Shown piece by piece: positions 1 to 11,489 of a stretch of 64,000 bases of DNA (positions are counted from its first letter, which is position 1; every line of letters starts with the position of its first letter). The stretch comes from Octopus vulgaris (taxonomy: Eukaryota). Under the pieces are notes generated by a model, which searched no databases, had not been told where the DNA came from, and saw nothing but the letters and a program-made list of their open reading frames with translations. The stretch covers positions 4,526,001 to 4,590,000 of the forward strand of contig OX597817.1 of assembly GCA_951406725.2 (NCBI GenBank), given 5' to 3'. The translations under genes and the position numbers were made by a program.

Positions 1-117
1 CTAGAAATATATCATCAACGATCAAACCACAAAGATTTTCTAGCATGCGGCACAGACACACGTTGATTTTCTAGCATGCGGCCGACTACCTAGCAGTCTT
101 GCCCTGTCAATATACAC

Positions 118-185
<68 letters not shown>

Positions 186-246
186 ATGTGTGTATGTATT
201 TATATTTATACATGTATATATATATATATATACATACACGTGCATA

Positions 247-526
247 TATGGGTATAGGACGGCACCAACAGCAAATATGAAATACGAAATAAAATTAGAT
301 CAATACGCAAACAACTAGAGAAACAAATGGAAAACAAGACAAGTAACATAGAGAATGACCCTTCATCAGTTGTCGGCTGTCTATCTACTCCTCATTTCGA
401 GCATTGAACGACAATATGAGTCTTCGAAGACAGTTGCTACCAGGATGAGAAAGAAAACAGTGTAGAGTAAAGTGGGATCAAAAAGATTAAGATAAACTTA
501 TTTGTAAATGTTTGCGGGGCGTTCAA

Positions 527-530
<4 letters not shown>
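247..530 (-). mobile_element. Non-autonomous microsatellite-anchored repeat (probably Penelope-like derived), copy A of the permuted-hammerhead family
   Basis: Starts on + with tatgggtataggac next to a TA-rich microsatellite, like the copies at 53760, 54443 and 58112. Shares the cccttcatcagttgtc...tctactc...tttc...cttcg block with them. Confidence 0.7.
354..433 (-). ncRNA. Candidate non-circularly permuted hammerhead ribozyme, copy A (core intact)
   Basis: Minus strand: CUGUCU UC GAA GA CUC AUA^ UUGUCG UU CAAUGCUC GAAA UGAG G AGUA GAU AGACAG C CGACAA CUGAUGA AGGGUCAUU. Stem III CUCAU/AUGAG, stem I UUGUCG/CGACAA, outer helix CUGUCU/AGACAG. Confidence 0.65.
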
Positions 531-590
<60 letters not shown>

Positions 591-630
591 GCATATAATG
601 GTACAGGACATCAGCAACAACGTGAATCAA

Positions 631-710
631 CTGTCTTCGAAGATTCATGTTGTCGTTCAATGCTCGAAAGTAGGAATAAATAGACAAACGACAACTGATG
701 AAGTGTCGTT
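631..710 (+). ncRNA. Permuted hammerhead-like motif, copy B (inverted; probably inactive)
   Basis: CUGUCU UC GAA GA UUC AUG UUGUCGUU CAAUGCUC GAAA GUAG G AAUA AAU AGACA AACGACAA CUGAUGA AGUGUCGUU. Stem I is 8 bp, but the triplet is AUG (non-cleavable) and stem III is broken. Confidence 0.5.
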
Positions 711-1394
711 CCTTATGTTTCTTGTCTGCTAATACATTCCATTTGGTCTTTACATATTTAAAATACAATAAATGCAATAAAGTAATATTACAAGTTTGTG
801 TTAATTTCGCGAGTTATCCAGACATTTTTAATTCCCTATCAGCAGGCTTTTAATAAATTATGAGTTTGAAATAATAGCATGGATACTGGCACTTTTGTTT
901 AATCCATCCAAATCTTAATCCAGAAGAAGATATTTGGGATCAGTCAGAAGACCAAACAAACAAAAGAAATAAAAACAAAAAGCCTCCCGAAATTTAATGT
1001 ATATTTCTGGGCTTACTTCAAGGCATAGAACACCTATGTACGTCTTGGTACATTTCTTGAAATATAAGATACTAATTGAATATGCAAAGCAACATTGGTT
1101 GTTTAAAGGTATGGCTGCCAAGCAATCATATTTATTTGACTGAGAGTGTACAGGATAATATACTCAATGTAGCCTTCTGTTTTGAAGAAGTTAAGCTGTG
1201 ATTTCAGCTAGATTTTTGTGCAGTTCTTCTTCCGTGTAGTGAAACTATAACAGGTTTCCAATAAAGAAATGCTTGCCTACTGCAAGGCAAACAATGAAAG
1301 ACATATAGACACAAAGCATGCAGATGTATTTGTGTGGTGTGTTCAAGAATACATTCATGCCCCCATGTATACACATACAAACATACATACATAC

Positions 1395-1442
<48 letters not shown>

Positions 1443-1684
1443 ATACGTATGTGGATATGTGTATGTGTGTATGTGCGTGTATTCGATGCTAAGCTTGCAT
1501 TGTCCGATGGGCAAACAGGAGTAACGACAGAATAAAGATGAAGTTACGAACAAATGACTAAGCTCGATTAAATATATTTCGTAATCATTATCGCTCGTTT
1601 GTACAGAGAAGTAAACAAATGCACATAGCCACGTACATGCATGAATGCACGCCTGCACAAATTCAGACACACACAAACACCCAA

Positions 1685-1735
<51 letters not shown>

Positions 1736-2828
1736 TATATATGCGTGCACAAACACACATACACACGCCCATGTAAACATAAATATTTCGAGAAAGAGAT
1801 GAAATGCAGTTGGGAGATACGTTAGGAATGAGAGATTTATCATGACTTCACCTAAACCAAACAACAAATTATGTTACGCAATGCATTGAGATTAATCGAA
1901 CACATTTTCATCAAAGGCTTCTTTCTCAGGTAAACTATTTCCTCGTACTGTGCCTTTGACTAAAGTATTGTTACAACTATCTCTTCGACAATTTCGGTGT
2001 ACATTCATGCAAGATAATATAGTAACATTCACTTGACAAATAAAGTTGTTGCAAAGATAATTTTCAATTACATCGAATTTACATCCAGTTCTAGTGGCAC
2101 AAGAAAGTACCGTTTATTGTAATAGCCGAATAGAATCTGTTGTTGATATTCTAGCACCAATTTGAGCAGAAATTTCTACAGGGACTCGATCATTTGTCCC
2201 TTTTGTAAATATGAAAGATCTGCTATCAAAACAGAACTCTTATTTAAATAAGGAATATCGGAAGTAGTGAAACGCATCTGTTGTGTAACTATGATATTCC
2301 TGTTTATCATGATTCTCTTTGTTGTTAAACCTCGGATTTGATTCGTTGTTTGTATTGAAATTGAAAAGATTCATTCACATTACATTGCGTAATGAACGTT
2401 GTTGAAAGTAGCAACATGTTTATTTATTATAATTCACTGAAATGCGAAACGACCATCAGGTGGGTAAGTATCAATATATGTTTTTTAATTTTGATAAATT
2501 TTAAAAAAAGCAATGTTTCAAATTTTTGTTGTAATCAGAACACTTTTCAACAGAAGCATATTGCATTTACTAATTTAATGCATGCCTATCAATAAAAAGT
2601 CCTGGATGCATGGCAAAAAATAATAATATCTAATACTATTATACCAATAGAGTCATTATGCGTATCACTTTAACCATGGAGTGATATTCAAGGCATAAAC
2701 TATTATACACATGGCATTTATATTATTTATATGACAAATGAAAAGAGAACAAAATCGAAAAAAAAATCATTGTATCTTTCACTTTAAAAAGTCATCAAAA
2801 CAACTGGAAAACGTATGATAAATGAAAT

Positions 2829-2965
2829 ACTGGTTTCAAATTTTGGCACAAGGCCAGCAATTTCGTGGGGTGCGACGATCAGTCAATTACATCGTCCCCA
2901 GTGCATATCTGATAAGTAATTTATTGGCCCCGATGTGATGAAAGGCAAAGTCGATTTCCCCAGAA
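2829..2965 (-). mobile_element. Degenerate SINE, family 1 (3' part)
   Basis: gatgaaaggcaaagtcga central block and ggtttcaaattttggcacaaggcc end, shared with the 13850 copy. Confidence 0.7.
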
Positions 2966-3092
2966 AATGTAATATTTTGACAATTAGCTAGCAATATATA
3001 TTTCAAATTAACTATGATATGTACTTATGTGTGTGTGTGTGTGTTTGTGTAAATGTGTATGCATGTATGTAAATAGATATATATGTGTGTGA

Positions 3093-3140
<48 letters not shown>

Positions 3141-3262
3141 GTGTGTATATATACGCATATATATAAACATATATATAAACGCATATATATATATACACAT
3201 ATATATATACGCACACATATATATACGCACACATATATATACACACGCACGTATGTGTATAT

Positions 3263-3293
<31 letters not shown>

Positions 3294-3920
3294 CACACAC
3301 ATAAATATAAATTCACGCACATACACACGCACACACACACACATATATTGTTGTAAAGTGGGTTGTGTTACTGCCATTGTACTGTAGTTGCTGTTTTACG
3401 CTTGTAGTCCCAATAGTTACTAGTCGTCCGATACTGTTGTATCTCTTTATACCATATCAGTAATACACTAACTTATTCTGTCTTACTATCGCTGATAGCT
3501 CCAGTCGACACCGACTAGGACTGTCGACTTTCACCTCTTCGACTCTCGACCCTCTCTTGATGACCAGCTACTGGACTATTTATAATGGCTGGTCCTCCCA
3601 CTTTTTACCAAGAGGGGTACAGTTTCACTAAGCAACATCTCCCCTTTTAATTATTTTAACAATCAATTTCTTTTATTCCCCCCGCCTCCTCCTTTTTTAT
3701 ATGCTCAATATCTTTTCTTCGTAGGGTCTACTTTTAGAAATTCAGTGTTCTTCCTTTTCCTTGTACGTGTGGTTTCGACTTCTTGTCAAACCTGAAAAGT
3801 GTTGGAACCTGAAAAGTATTATGTAGTCAATCTATCGGTATTTCTACCCTTGTTGGTTCCTTTTCTATGCCTCCTTTCCATTCCATTTCTGCTTCTCACA
3901 CCATGCATCATTCTTCCTTT

Positions 3921-4700
3921 TTATATTACAATTTTTCCTTCTTCCCAGTATTGCTTGCCATTTTTGTACATTCTTACATGTACCTTATCACTGATTCTAA
4001 AGAATTTTGGCATGTCTTTACTAGAACGGATTTTTATCTTCACTGGTAATAGTTTATCGAATACTGACTTCACCTTTCTGGCAAACATTAATTCTGCTGG
4101 CGAACTTCCTTCTGGCACATTTGAGTTCGGACCTACCCTGAATACCTTTAAGAATTGTTGGATCGCGACCTCTTCCGTGTCTTCCTTATTAGCTTTCTTT
4201 AAATCTCTCTTAAAATTGTCCACGAATCTTTCGGCCCTCCCATTCGATCTAGGGTGATACAGTGCTGTAGTTTTGTGTTTTAACGTGAAAATCACGCTGA
4301 ATCTTTTAAACTCATAGAATATAAACTGTGTTCCGTTATCATAGACAATGATATGCGGTACACCATATCTTGCGAACAGCTGGTGTAAGAAGTTTCTAGC
4401 CGTATATACACCTCGCGGCCTCAGGCCATTTTCTGTAGCTGTTCGCTCCTATTAAGTAACAATATCCATTTACTGGGCCTGCAAAATTGATATGCAATCG
4501 GGATCATTGTATTTTCACTTCCGGCCAAGATTCACATTTTGTAGTAGATAGTTTCGCTGCCTACGCACATCCTCTGCAGCCTTTTATCAGGTTTTCAAGT
4601 TCCTTGACCATGCTTGAGCAGTCTCCGAAACTTCGCATCAGTGCTTTCATTCTGGAGATGCCTGGGTGTCTCACATGAAACTCTTTTAGCTTTCTATTCT
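3921..4700 (-). pseudogene. Gypsy integrase relic
   Basis: Motifs HVRHPGISRMKALMRS (HHCC region), RLHINFAGP, DNGTQF and YHPRSNGRAERFV, interrupted by frameshifts. Confidence 0.85.
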
Positions 4701-4799
4701 GTAATGTCTGTGATATAATGTCTGAGCGTGGTCTTATGCAGTGGTCTTATGTGAAAACACCCTTTGCGTTGAATTTCTTCCGTGTCATGTCTTAAGTTT

Positions 4800-5480
4800 A
4801 ATATCATGTCAAACTCTTCCGACACTTTCTACAATGATAAATCTTCGGTCATTTCCGGTTTTGCTAGAATTTTCGTTCGTATTTCTGCATCTCTTTTATC
4901 TGTCAATCCTTATGTAAAACCTAACACTTGAAAGTATCTGGAGTAAGCATATCCAGCTTAAATCTCTCACATTTTTTGTTGACTCTGCCTGTGTAAGTAG
5001 TGCAGTTTTCATCTTCGCTCTTTTCTGTCTTTAAACATTCCCACTAGTATTAAATAGCCAGCTGTTTTCACAAGACACTTTGCTCAAAACTTCAAATGTG
5101 CTGGTAAAATTTATGTCGATCCCCCACCTTATTTTGTTTGACAATATGAAGTTACTATACTTCTCATGCTCTGCTGTCGCTAGGTTTCTTAAACCTCGAC
5201 GTGTTTTCATTTCGTCAGTCCATTGCAGACATTCTTTTTCAAAATTTTGTTCAAATCTTCGAAAGTAAGCCTCGAAGGTTACTCCTTCTTCGGAGTAATA
5301 TTTGAATTCGTTTATGGAACTTGCTCCATGAACAGGCGAAAATGTATTCCCCGGTTTGGTTATCAACTTCAATAGTTTTAACATTTGCTGCAGCAATCGT
5401 TGTTGCTGTTCTCGTTGTTACCTGAGTTGTAGTCGTTACTGCTTTTGCAACTCAACCACCCCAACTATCAAGTCTTCCAT
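4800..5480 (-). pseudogene. Gypsy gag relic
   Basis: ORF 5031-5396 EFKYYSEEGVTFEAYFRRFEQNFEKEC...WTDEMK resembles the Mag-type gag N-terminus and lies just downstream of the PBS. Confidence 0.7.
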
Positions 5481-6553
5481 ATATTACGATTTTCGTAAGT
5501 TTGCACAACGAGAATTTTGTTACATTTTGTCCAGATATTTAATTTCTCACTTGAATCAATTTAAATTCTCAGTGTGAATGTTTATTTCTTTTTTCAATCT
5601 GCTTAAATTTATTTTTCCTCGTCGCCAAAGTTGTAAAGTGGATTCCTCTCACTGGTGTGATGTGTATGACTGCCGTTGCATTGTAGTTGTAGTTTTACAC
5701 TAGTAGCCACAGTAGTTACTAGTCATCTCTTCGTACCGGAATAGTAACACACTAAATTCTGTCTTACTATCACTAATAGCTCCACAAGACACCGACTAGA
5801 ACTGTCGACTCTCAACTCTCCGCTCTCAAACCTCGCTTGACAACCGGCTACTAGTCTATTTAAAATGGGTGGTCCCTACCACATTTTACTGGGAGGGGTA
5901 TACAGTCTCACTGTACAACATACACAGACACACGCACACAAATACACGTACATATACACATACACACACACTTATATGCATACATATGCATACACACACA
6001 TATTTTCATTTTATACATTACTGATACATATTTTTAGAATGCTAAACTCAGTGGGAAACAGGATGTACTTTATATGGGCTGATGTCTAGACACTTTTTTC
6101 TGACAAGAAAATAAGGATCTTCTATTTAGATTTATTGCAGCTTATGCAGAGTAATTGTGTTTAGCAGAAAAATACAGTGATAATATAATCAAATTCATTC
6201 GTGTGTTAAAGTTCTTTATTCTTTTGAAAAATATCAAGACACACAAGGCAGATGACATGATTGTATAACAAAGAATATAGTTGCTCTGAACTTCTTTCTA
6301 TGATTCCACTGCAGTACTACTTAACTGCCCATTGTTCGCTTTCACTTTTCTCTTTATTATTAATTATTTGATTTTTGTTTGCCTGAAATATTTAACTGCA
6401 AAGTCAAATCAATGGTTGAAAGAAAAACAATTAGTATCTAACCTTTTTAAAACTAGCCCTTTTTCTGAATAAGTAAACGTTGGCTTTGTATTTTCAGTAG
6501 CGTCAGGTGGGTGAGGACACATCTGCATTAGCAAGCAAGCTATTTCTCCGCCG

Positions 6554-6785
6554 GGCGGCGAGTTAGCAGAAACGTTAGCACGCCGGGCGAAATGCGTAGC
6601 TGCATTTCGTCTGCCATTATGTACTGAGTTCAAATTCCGCCGAGATCAACTTTGCCTTCCATCCTTTCGGGGTCGATAAATTAAGTACCAGTTACGCACT
6701 AGGATCGATGTAATCGACTTAATCCGTTTGTCTGTCCTTGTTTGTCCCCTCTGCGTTTAGTCCCTGGTGGGTAGTAAAGAAATAG
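6554..6785 (+). mobile_element. SINE family 1, full length
   Basis: ggcggcgagttagcagaaacgttagc head, B-box-like gagttcaaattcc, central ctttgccttccatcctttcggggtcgataaattaagtaccag. Close reverse copy at 40459-40684. Confidence 0.9.
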
Positions 6786-7063
6786 AAATAATTGAATGAG
6801 ATGTTTAAAACTAACAAATCTTTCATCAGATTACGACGACATCATATAGCAACATGTTTGAATACAAAGGATTCTGAGCGTTTCTCGTTCATGAGTTAAG
6901 TATTTGGTCGCCTTTGACAATATGCAAAATCATCTTCACATTGCAGCAAGAATGTGTTCAACAGGATGCGAGACAACTTGCTCAAAATGGTTATTCTTCA
7001 GTCGCCAAACGAGGTGCACACGGTTATACGCGTCTGCACACACTTCATATGTCTCTCTATCCT

Positions 7064-7097
<34 letters not shown>

Positions 7098-7997
7098 TCT
7101 CTCTCAGAGCCTCTTCATTTGATTCCAACAGTTATTTTACAACAAAATTGTTTTGTTGAATCCTACATTGTACATTGTGTTACATAATTATTTTCATTTA
7201 TTTAAGGTAAATATTACACCAGTCGAAATAAACAAAGGATCTGTTTACATATTATACGATTTAGTTATAAGAGAGTGTCATTTGATCAGATTACATCTAA
7301 ATTAAAACATTTCTGTCGTCAAGAACAATATCTATATTTCTATCAGATTCACACCCTCTTCTCTCCCACACCTTTCCTGTCACTGCGCCTGTCTTTGTCT
7401 TTTGCCTTGCTTTGTCTCTTTATATCTTACCATTTCCTTAACTATTAAAGATTAAAGTATCTCAGAGCAGACTATTTTTTGTCTTTCCCAAGGAATCAAT
7501 ACTTTGGTGAAATGGTGGATTACGTATACCTTGTTTTATATTACTTGAAAACTCACTCACAGACAGACTCTCTCTCACACACAGACTCTCTCTCACATAC
7601 ACATACACATATACCATACTTTCGCGCTGTAAATATGTTTATTAAATATATAGATTTCAATGGAATAAAAACGTCTCAGGAAAAAGTCAAAATAACAACA
7701 TTACAAAAGACAAAAACCAAAAAAAAAATTAATGACTATTTTAATTATTTTTGTTTCATTGTTTTAGAGAAGACATTAAATAGACATGATATTTCTTCAG
7801 ACAGTAGAAATGTAATTATATATCTATCTATCTATATATATATATATATATATATATACTATTGTCATTGCGTACAAGTTCTACATTACCAGTTAATAAA
7901 CCATTTATAATGTTTGTTTAATTATGGAATTTATTATATTCAAATGAAATATGTCATCGCTTCCTTTTACATTGTTTTCTTAATATATCTATGAGAC

Positions 7998-8028
<31 letters not shown>

Positions 8029-8399
8029 TGTATGTATGTATGTATGTATGTATGTATGTATGTATGCACGTATGTATGTGTGCGTGTGTGTGTTTGTCTG
8101 TGTATACATACAGACACACACCTCTTTCAGCAGACTTAGAAACAGGGAAAAACTATTCCTTCTGAGTCATTAATTAAAATACCAAAGACGTCGTTTCGAT
8201 CCTCATTCTAGCCATATGAAGGCTCTTTCGTTTATCAAACCCTGTTTTATATTTTACAACAAAGCAAATAAAAACTCTTTATGAAACATTGTGAATACAT
8301 CTGTTCATATACACAGACACAGACACGCACACACACATACAGACACAGAAACACACTCACACACATACAAATATTCAGTTATACATACATACACATATA

Positions 8400-8626
8400 A
8401 CGGTATTCATACATACATACACACATACATACATACAGACACACATATAAATATTCATTCCTTCATTCATACGTATATACAAACATACATACATACATAC
8501 ATACATACATACATACAGACATACATACATATATACATACATACATGTACACATACATACATACATACATACATATATGTATACATACATACATACATAC
8601 ATATATGTATACATACATACATACAA

Positions 8627-8659
<33 letters not shown>

Positions 8660-8930
8660 CATACATACATGTACATACATACATACATACATACATACAT
8701 ACATACATACATACATACATACATACATACATACATACATGTATACATACATACATACATACATATATGTATACATACATACATACATACATACATAAAT
8801 ACATACATGTATACATACACACACATACACACATACATACATGCATAACATACATACATACATACATACATACATACACACACATGCACATACATTCATA
8901 CATACACACACATCCACATACATACATACA
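8400..8930. repeat. (ATAC)n compound microsatellite
   Basis: Direct reading; source of the YIHT/MYVC pseudo-ORFs. Confidence 0.95.
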
Positions 8931-9196
8931 TGTCCATATTCAATATCTAAAAAGTTAGCATTTGTCTCGACACTCGACGTTCACCTGACTGGAGCTTTCT
9001 CCATTCCACCGTGTTTGAGTATCTCAGATTTCCTTCCAAAAAGGGACAATGACTATCAATGGCCTTTTCTTCCCTCATCCCCGGTGGTAATGATTCGGTT
9101 TCGATGGGAATTAACATGAAAATTACGTATCATGGTCAAGGATACAGAATCGCATCCAGGCTGACAACGAATGATCGGGAGCCGAGCACGAAAATT

Positions 9197-9366
9197 GTGG
9201 CTGTGTGGTAAGAAGCTTGCTTCCCAACCACATGGTTCTGGTTTCAATCCCACTGCGTGGAGCCTTGGGCAACTGTCTTCTACTATAGGCTTGGGTCGAC
9301 CAAGCCTTGTGAGTGAGCTTAATAGACATTTGGTAGAGGGAAACTGGAAGAAGGCCGTCGTGTATA
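9197..9366 (+). mobile_element. SINE family 2, 5' half only
   Basis: gtggctgtgtggtaagaagcttgc...ccactgcgtgg...ttgggcaa...aagccttgtgagtg matches the 41388-41807 family. Confidence 0.85.
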
Positions 9367-9536
9367 TGTACATATTTGAAAGTCTATGACAAATACTTGA
9401 TACAATTTTGAAGTGTCAGGGTTATTATTTCGGAAAATCATTTTTGAAAAGAATACTATGAAATAGTTTACTATAGTATTAGTAAACTTTTTGAGTAAGT
9501 TTTTTCTAATGTGGGAGCGCTTCTATTTAACAATTC

Positions 9537-9616
<80 letters not shown>

Positions 9617-9815
9617 TATATATAGCAAATGAAAGAGAGAAGATGGAATATACAAGAATATATTATTAATCACAAGTCTTTCAACACTTCTAGCATTAAT
9701 TCCTCTTGCGTGGGACGATCAACAAATGGTTCAGGTGCACATATATATGTGTGTGTTTGTGTGTGTGAGTGTGTGTATGTATGTATATACATACATACAT
9801 ATAAATATAGATATG

Positions 9816-9863
<48 letters not shown>

Positions 9864-11449
9864 TATAGGTGGAAAATGCGCACCAGAAGTACGTGTTTGG
9901 CTTCATGACTGAAATGACCGGAAGTAGAAAGAGACAGAGAAAGTGGCTTTTGTGGACCGGAGAGTCCGAAGATGTGTGTGCGCGTGTTTGCTTGTGTACG
10001 TATGCGTATGAGTGTGTTTGTATGCATATGTGTATGTGTATGTGTGTGTATGTATATGTGCGTATGAGTGTGAATGGGAACGTGTGTGGCCGTGTGTGTG
10101 TGTATGTTGGGGGTTTTCCTCCATTGAGGCACAGTATGTCGTTTTAGAATATGTATGTTTTGTTGTATTATAAAGCTATTATTATGTCTAACATTTGTGA
10201 GATCAATATTTTCAATCGTTATCAAAGTTATTGAATATTTGTAGCCAATTCTTGCTATTACAATTACTGCGATCATCTCATAGACAGATTTTAGAGCTAG
10301 CTTTTTCAGTTTGTTGCCATTGAATTTATTATTCCGTTATTGTTTATATTTGTTTTATTCTCCCGTGCTACGAATATGGTCCTTTTAAATGAACATATTC
10401 AGCCTGGTAACCATAGAAAACAAAGTGTAAACTTTTCAGTCTCTTACCCGAAGTTTATCTTTTGTATATTCTATTCATTGCACTGTTTGATGTTTTCTTT
10501 CTATAACCACTTAAATTTAGAAAGAAAATTAAATATTTTTCATAGAAAAGTAACCGCTTTATTTCTTACCCATATGTTTATTCTCAAAATTAAAGGAAAA
10601 AAGAATGAAAAAAACCCTATTTGAAATCTTTTAAATTTTAAGCTGAAACTTCAACTTAAAGAAACAACTACGTATGCTGTCCAAGTGGTACCCAAATATA
10701 TCAACGTAGACAAGTTACAAAGAGAGATATACGTTTGGGCAATAATAAATCTTTATTCCGCTCGTGTTGGCTTCATATGTAACACCATATTCATACAGTC
10801 ACATATACAGACAAACACACATAGATTTTTCAACAGTCATAATAATGCGAATGATAATAAATTCATAAAGCTGCTAGATGAATAGTAATATGAATTCATA
10901 AAGAAGCTGGATGGATAGAACTATGATATGGTATTTCAGTGTAAGGAACTCTTCTTCGGAAAATCTACAGATCAAAACATCTATATTTAGATATTCTAAA
11001 GAAGATGTCACAACCATGAAATATTAAATGCCAGTTAATAGAACTAATGTTCGACCTATAATATTAATCTTATGTAACTTAAAACTTGTATTGTTTTTGC
11101 TTAAAATGTTTCTATACAATAGGCAAAGCTCCAATAAAAATAAACTGTTCATACATACACATACACATGATCAATAAGTATCAGGATATTTGCCTTAGTA
11201 ACGAAGCTAAAGTAAGCAGAGTAAAGCCACTCGGAAAAGATTGACCTTGAACTCTGCTGAGCATGCGCACGAAGTTTTAATGTTCTAGATCCCTTCCACT
11301 GTTTACAGAAGTGCTTCGAAGGAAGGTGTGTAGCGTGCAATCGTCGCGTCGACCATAACAGAGAAAGCTGTTTACTCTGCGTGCTTTAGCTTCGTTTGTA
11401 TGGCAACAGTCGGAGTACTTATTGATCAGATCACGTGCATGTGTGTATA

Positions 11450-11489
<40 letters not shown>

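Larger units (their letters stand above)
3349..5920 (-). mobile_element. Internally deleted Gypsy/Ty3 LTR retrotransposon (Mag-like)
   Basis: Two related LTRs, 3349-3637 (tgttg...caaca) and 5629-5920. PBS TGGCGACGAGGA at 5616-5627 (complementary to the tRNA-Ser(GCT) 3' end). PPT aaaaggggaga at 3638-3648. Gag and integrase relics lie between the LTRs. Confidence 0.9.

Noticed and set aside
34-82. 18-bp direct repeat gattttctagcatgcggc with a 13-bp spacer
   Set aside because: Only two units at the window edge; a local duplication, not a CRISPR-like array.
8180-8245. GAAACGACGUC on minus, a possible hammerhead relic
   Set aside because: No recognisable CUGANGA and no stem I pairing.
9640-10280. 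Possible old Penelope-like 3' fragment split by microsatellites
   Set aside because: Too degenerate; neither a protein motif nor a ribozyme core could be read with confidence.
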